64,000 nt of DNA from Candidatus Latescibacterota bacterium (GTDB lineage: Bacteria > Latescibacterota > UBA2968), in assembly GCA_965198115.1 (NCBI GenBank), contig OZ240241.1, positions 2,496,001 through 2,560,000 on the forward strand, read 5' to 3'. Position 1 is the stretch's first letter. Each line of letters opens with the position of its first letter. This document shows, in pieces, positions 62,312 to 64,000 of this stretch. The position numbers and the translations under genes were made by a program. The notes beneath the pieces are model-generated. The model worked only from the letters and a program-made list of their open reading frames with translations. It made no database searches and had not been told where the DNA came from.

Positions 62312-63928
62312 TCAGTCGAAGTCGATCGGTTTGAACTGACACCCGTCGACGAAGACATCGAAAAAATCCGGTGTCGTTTCCAACTCGACGTGCTCGATGT
62401 CACGAACGTCCTTCTCGAGCTTTCGCTGAGTTTTTTGCGAGAGCAACGTCTCTCGAGCCCCCTGGAGCGCTGCGTTCCCGATCTTCACGATTCGATCCGA
62501 CGGTACCGGCGCAAGGAACCCGATCTCGATGGCGTTGGCCGCATTCACGTAATTCGCGAACCCACCCGCCAGATACAGACAATCGATCTCCTCCGGCCGC
62601 ACGCCGAAGTGACGCATCGCGATGAACTGGCCGCACGTGTTGGCTGCCTTGGCCTGGGCGAGGATGCTCGCATCCTCCCGAGAGAACGTGATTCCTTCGT
62701 CCTCTTCGATCGTCAGCTCGTATTGCTTGTCCTCGAAGACGCCCTTTTCCGTCATTCGGCCGTGACGTCTCAGTTCAGCCAGCAGATCCACCATACCCGA
62801 TCCACAGATCCCTGTCGGGGTCTGACCGTCGATCGTGCTGCACGCATAGCGGTCGCCCTCGATTCGAACCGACTCGATCGCCCCGGGGTAGCCCGGCATT
62901 CCGTAGCGCACACCGCCACCTTCGAATGCGGGACCCGCCGGACAGGATGCTGCAATCATCCGATCGCCTGTACCCACGACCACCTCCGTGTTGGTACCGA
63001 CATCGACCAGCATAAACACCGAGGTCGATGTGAACGCATCGATCGCCACGAGCGCGGCCGCTGTGTCGGCCCCCACGTGACTCGACACCAACGGCAAACC
63101 ATACGCACGTGCCCTGGGATTCACGCGAATACCCATCCTCCTCGTGCTCATCGCGAGGGCAGTTGTATCGACCTCGCCATCGATCAGCGCGTGCTCCGTC
63201 GTCGACTTGTAGGGCCGCTGACCAATCGTCTGTACGTCCAGCCGAAAGATCAGATCCCGCATCGTAGAATTGCCCGCGATCGCGATCTCATAGATCTCCT
63301 GACGGGTGAACTGGAATCGATCGCACAATGCTTCGATTTCATCATTGATGGCGGCGGTGATGGCTTTCCATAGCTCCCCGTGATGAGGCCCACCGTCGTA
63401 GGAAATCCTGTTCATCACATCGCTGCCGCCGAAGCGTTGAGGATTTCCGAATGAACTGATCGCCACCACGTCGCCCGTTAGAAGGTCGACCAACTCCATC
63501 ACCACCGTCGTCGTACCCAAGTCGATCGCCAAACCATAAACGTGTCCGCGATACGTGTCGATCGCCTCCCCTTGCAGCAGAACGTCATCCCCATCCAGAA
63601 CGACAGCCTGATCCATCTGCACCGATCGACGATCCGTCTGCTCAAGAATCTTCGGCTCCCGACGCAGGGGGGTGATCACCAGATTCGCGTCATCCGCCTC
63701 GATCACGGCCTGGCAGGACAGCCGATATCCTTCACCGAGGAAGGACTCTAATGGGCCCTTCGGCGATAACGCCTCTCCCCCTTCGAGCACTTCCACGGCA
63801 CACTCGTGACAGGACGCGGTCCTTCCGCACGACGTGGCCAAACGGATTTCCATTACGTCGGCGTGATCGAACACCGTTCGGCCGATCAAGAGTTTCGAAG
63901 TCTTCGCTTCGCACTTCATCGAGCCCAT
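62312..63928 (-). CDS. RamA/RACo-type ATP-dependent corrinoid activator (2Fe-2S + ASKHA, DUF4445)
   Basis: CG..SC.EC..RLSC, DLGTTT, NPQ.FG.DV..RI, GN.TM, DVGTNTE, AGPAFEG, GICGSG, LAGGF, GNAAL.GA. Confidence 0.92.
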   Translation of the reverse strand: MGSMKCEAKTSKLLIGRTVFDHADVMEIRLATSCGRTASCHECAVEVLEGGEALSPKGPLESFLGEGYRLSCQAVIEADDANLVITPLRREPKILEQTDRRSVQMDQAVVLDGDDVLLQGEAIDTYRGHVYGLAIDLGTTTVVMELVDLLTGDVVAISSFGNPQRFGGSDVMNRISYDGGPHHGELWKAITAAINDEIEALCDRFQFTRQEIYEIAIAGNSTMRDLIFRLDVQTIGQRPYKSTTEHALIDGEVDTTALAMSTRRMGIRVNPRARAYGLPLVSSHVGADTAAALVAIDAFTSTSVFMLVDVGTNTEVVVGTGDRMIAASCPAGPAFEGGGVRYGMPGYPGAIESVRIEGDRYACSTIDGQTPTGICGSGMVDLLAELRRHGRMTEKGVFEDKQYELTIEEDEGITFSREDASILAQAKAANTCGQFIAMRHFGVRPEEIDCLYLAGGFANYVNAANAIEIGFLAPVPSDRIVKIGNAALQGARETLLSQKTQRKLEKDVRDIEHVELETTPDFFDVFVDGCQFKPIDFD

Positions 63929-63953
63929 AACAAAACAGCCCCTTTCGGGGCTG
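63929..63953 (-). terminator. Intrinsic terminator
   Basis: CAGCCCC-GAAA-GGGGCTG-TTTTGTT. Confidence 0.75.
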
Positions 63954-63955
63954 CC

Positions 63956-64000
63956 TCACTCTTCATTCTTGCGACCGCGTTTCAGGCGATCACGCATCTT
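63956..64000 (-). CDS. 3' end of an unidentified gene entering from the right edge
   Basis: ..KMRDRLKRGRKNEE-TGA directly followed by a terminator. Confidence 0.45.
   Translation of the reverse strand, partial: KMRDRLKRGRKNEE

Noticed and set aside
1729-63373. Many long antisense or alternate-frame ORFs (for example 1729-2937, 5575-6531, 37439-38683, 59542-60834)
   Set aside because: Typical high-GC shadows of real genes, with no motifs.

Overview
A GC-rich Gram-negative bacterial chromosome segment (BamD, CpoB, Wza/Wzz-like proteins). The C-terminal paired 'DFxGDGxVxFxDFLxF' repeat of the giant secreted protein suggests a Latescibacterota-like lineage, which is an inference. Content: housekeeping genes (metH, lon, lepA-lepB-hemW-thrB, nadD, zapA, recD2, nagA, tsaC), scattered flagellar genes (flagellin, FliN-like, FliL), two catabolic cassettes, three IS elements (IS1380, ISL3, ISAzo13) and an IS3 remnant. 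About 15 single-base frameshifts break conserved genes and are most likely long-read errors. The best signals not shown in the ORF track are: (1) a ZTP (pfl) riboswitch with overlapping terminator in front of a metH-DUF1015 operon; (2) a UGA-recoded CxxU Rdx selenoprotein with a bacterial SECIS, downstream of an orphan MpaB-like gene; (3) back-to-back sigma28/sigma54 flagellar promoters, with IS1380 separating fliN from its promoter, plus an orphan gene behind a near-perfect sigma28 promoter; (4) three different homocysteine-methyltransferase architectures plus a RamA-type corrinoid activator; (5) a GH38-fold protein that lacks its catalytic residues. All family calls come from motif recognition by eye; no searches were run. 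No rRNA, tRNA or CRISPR array was seen.
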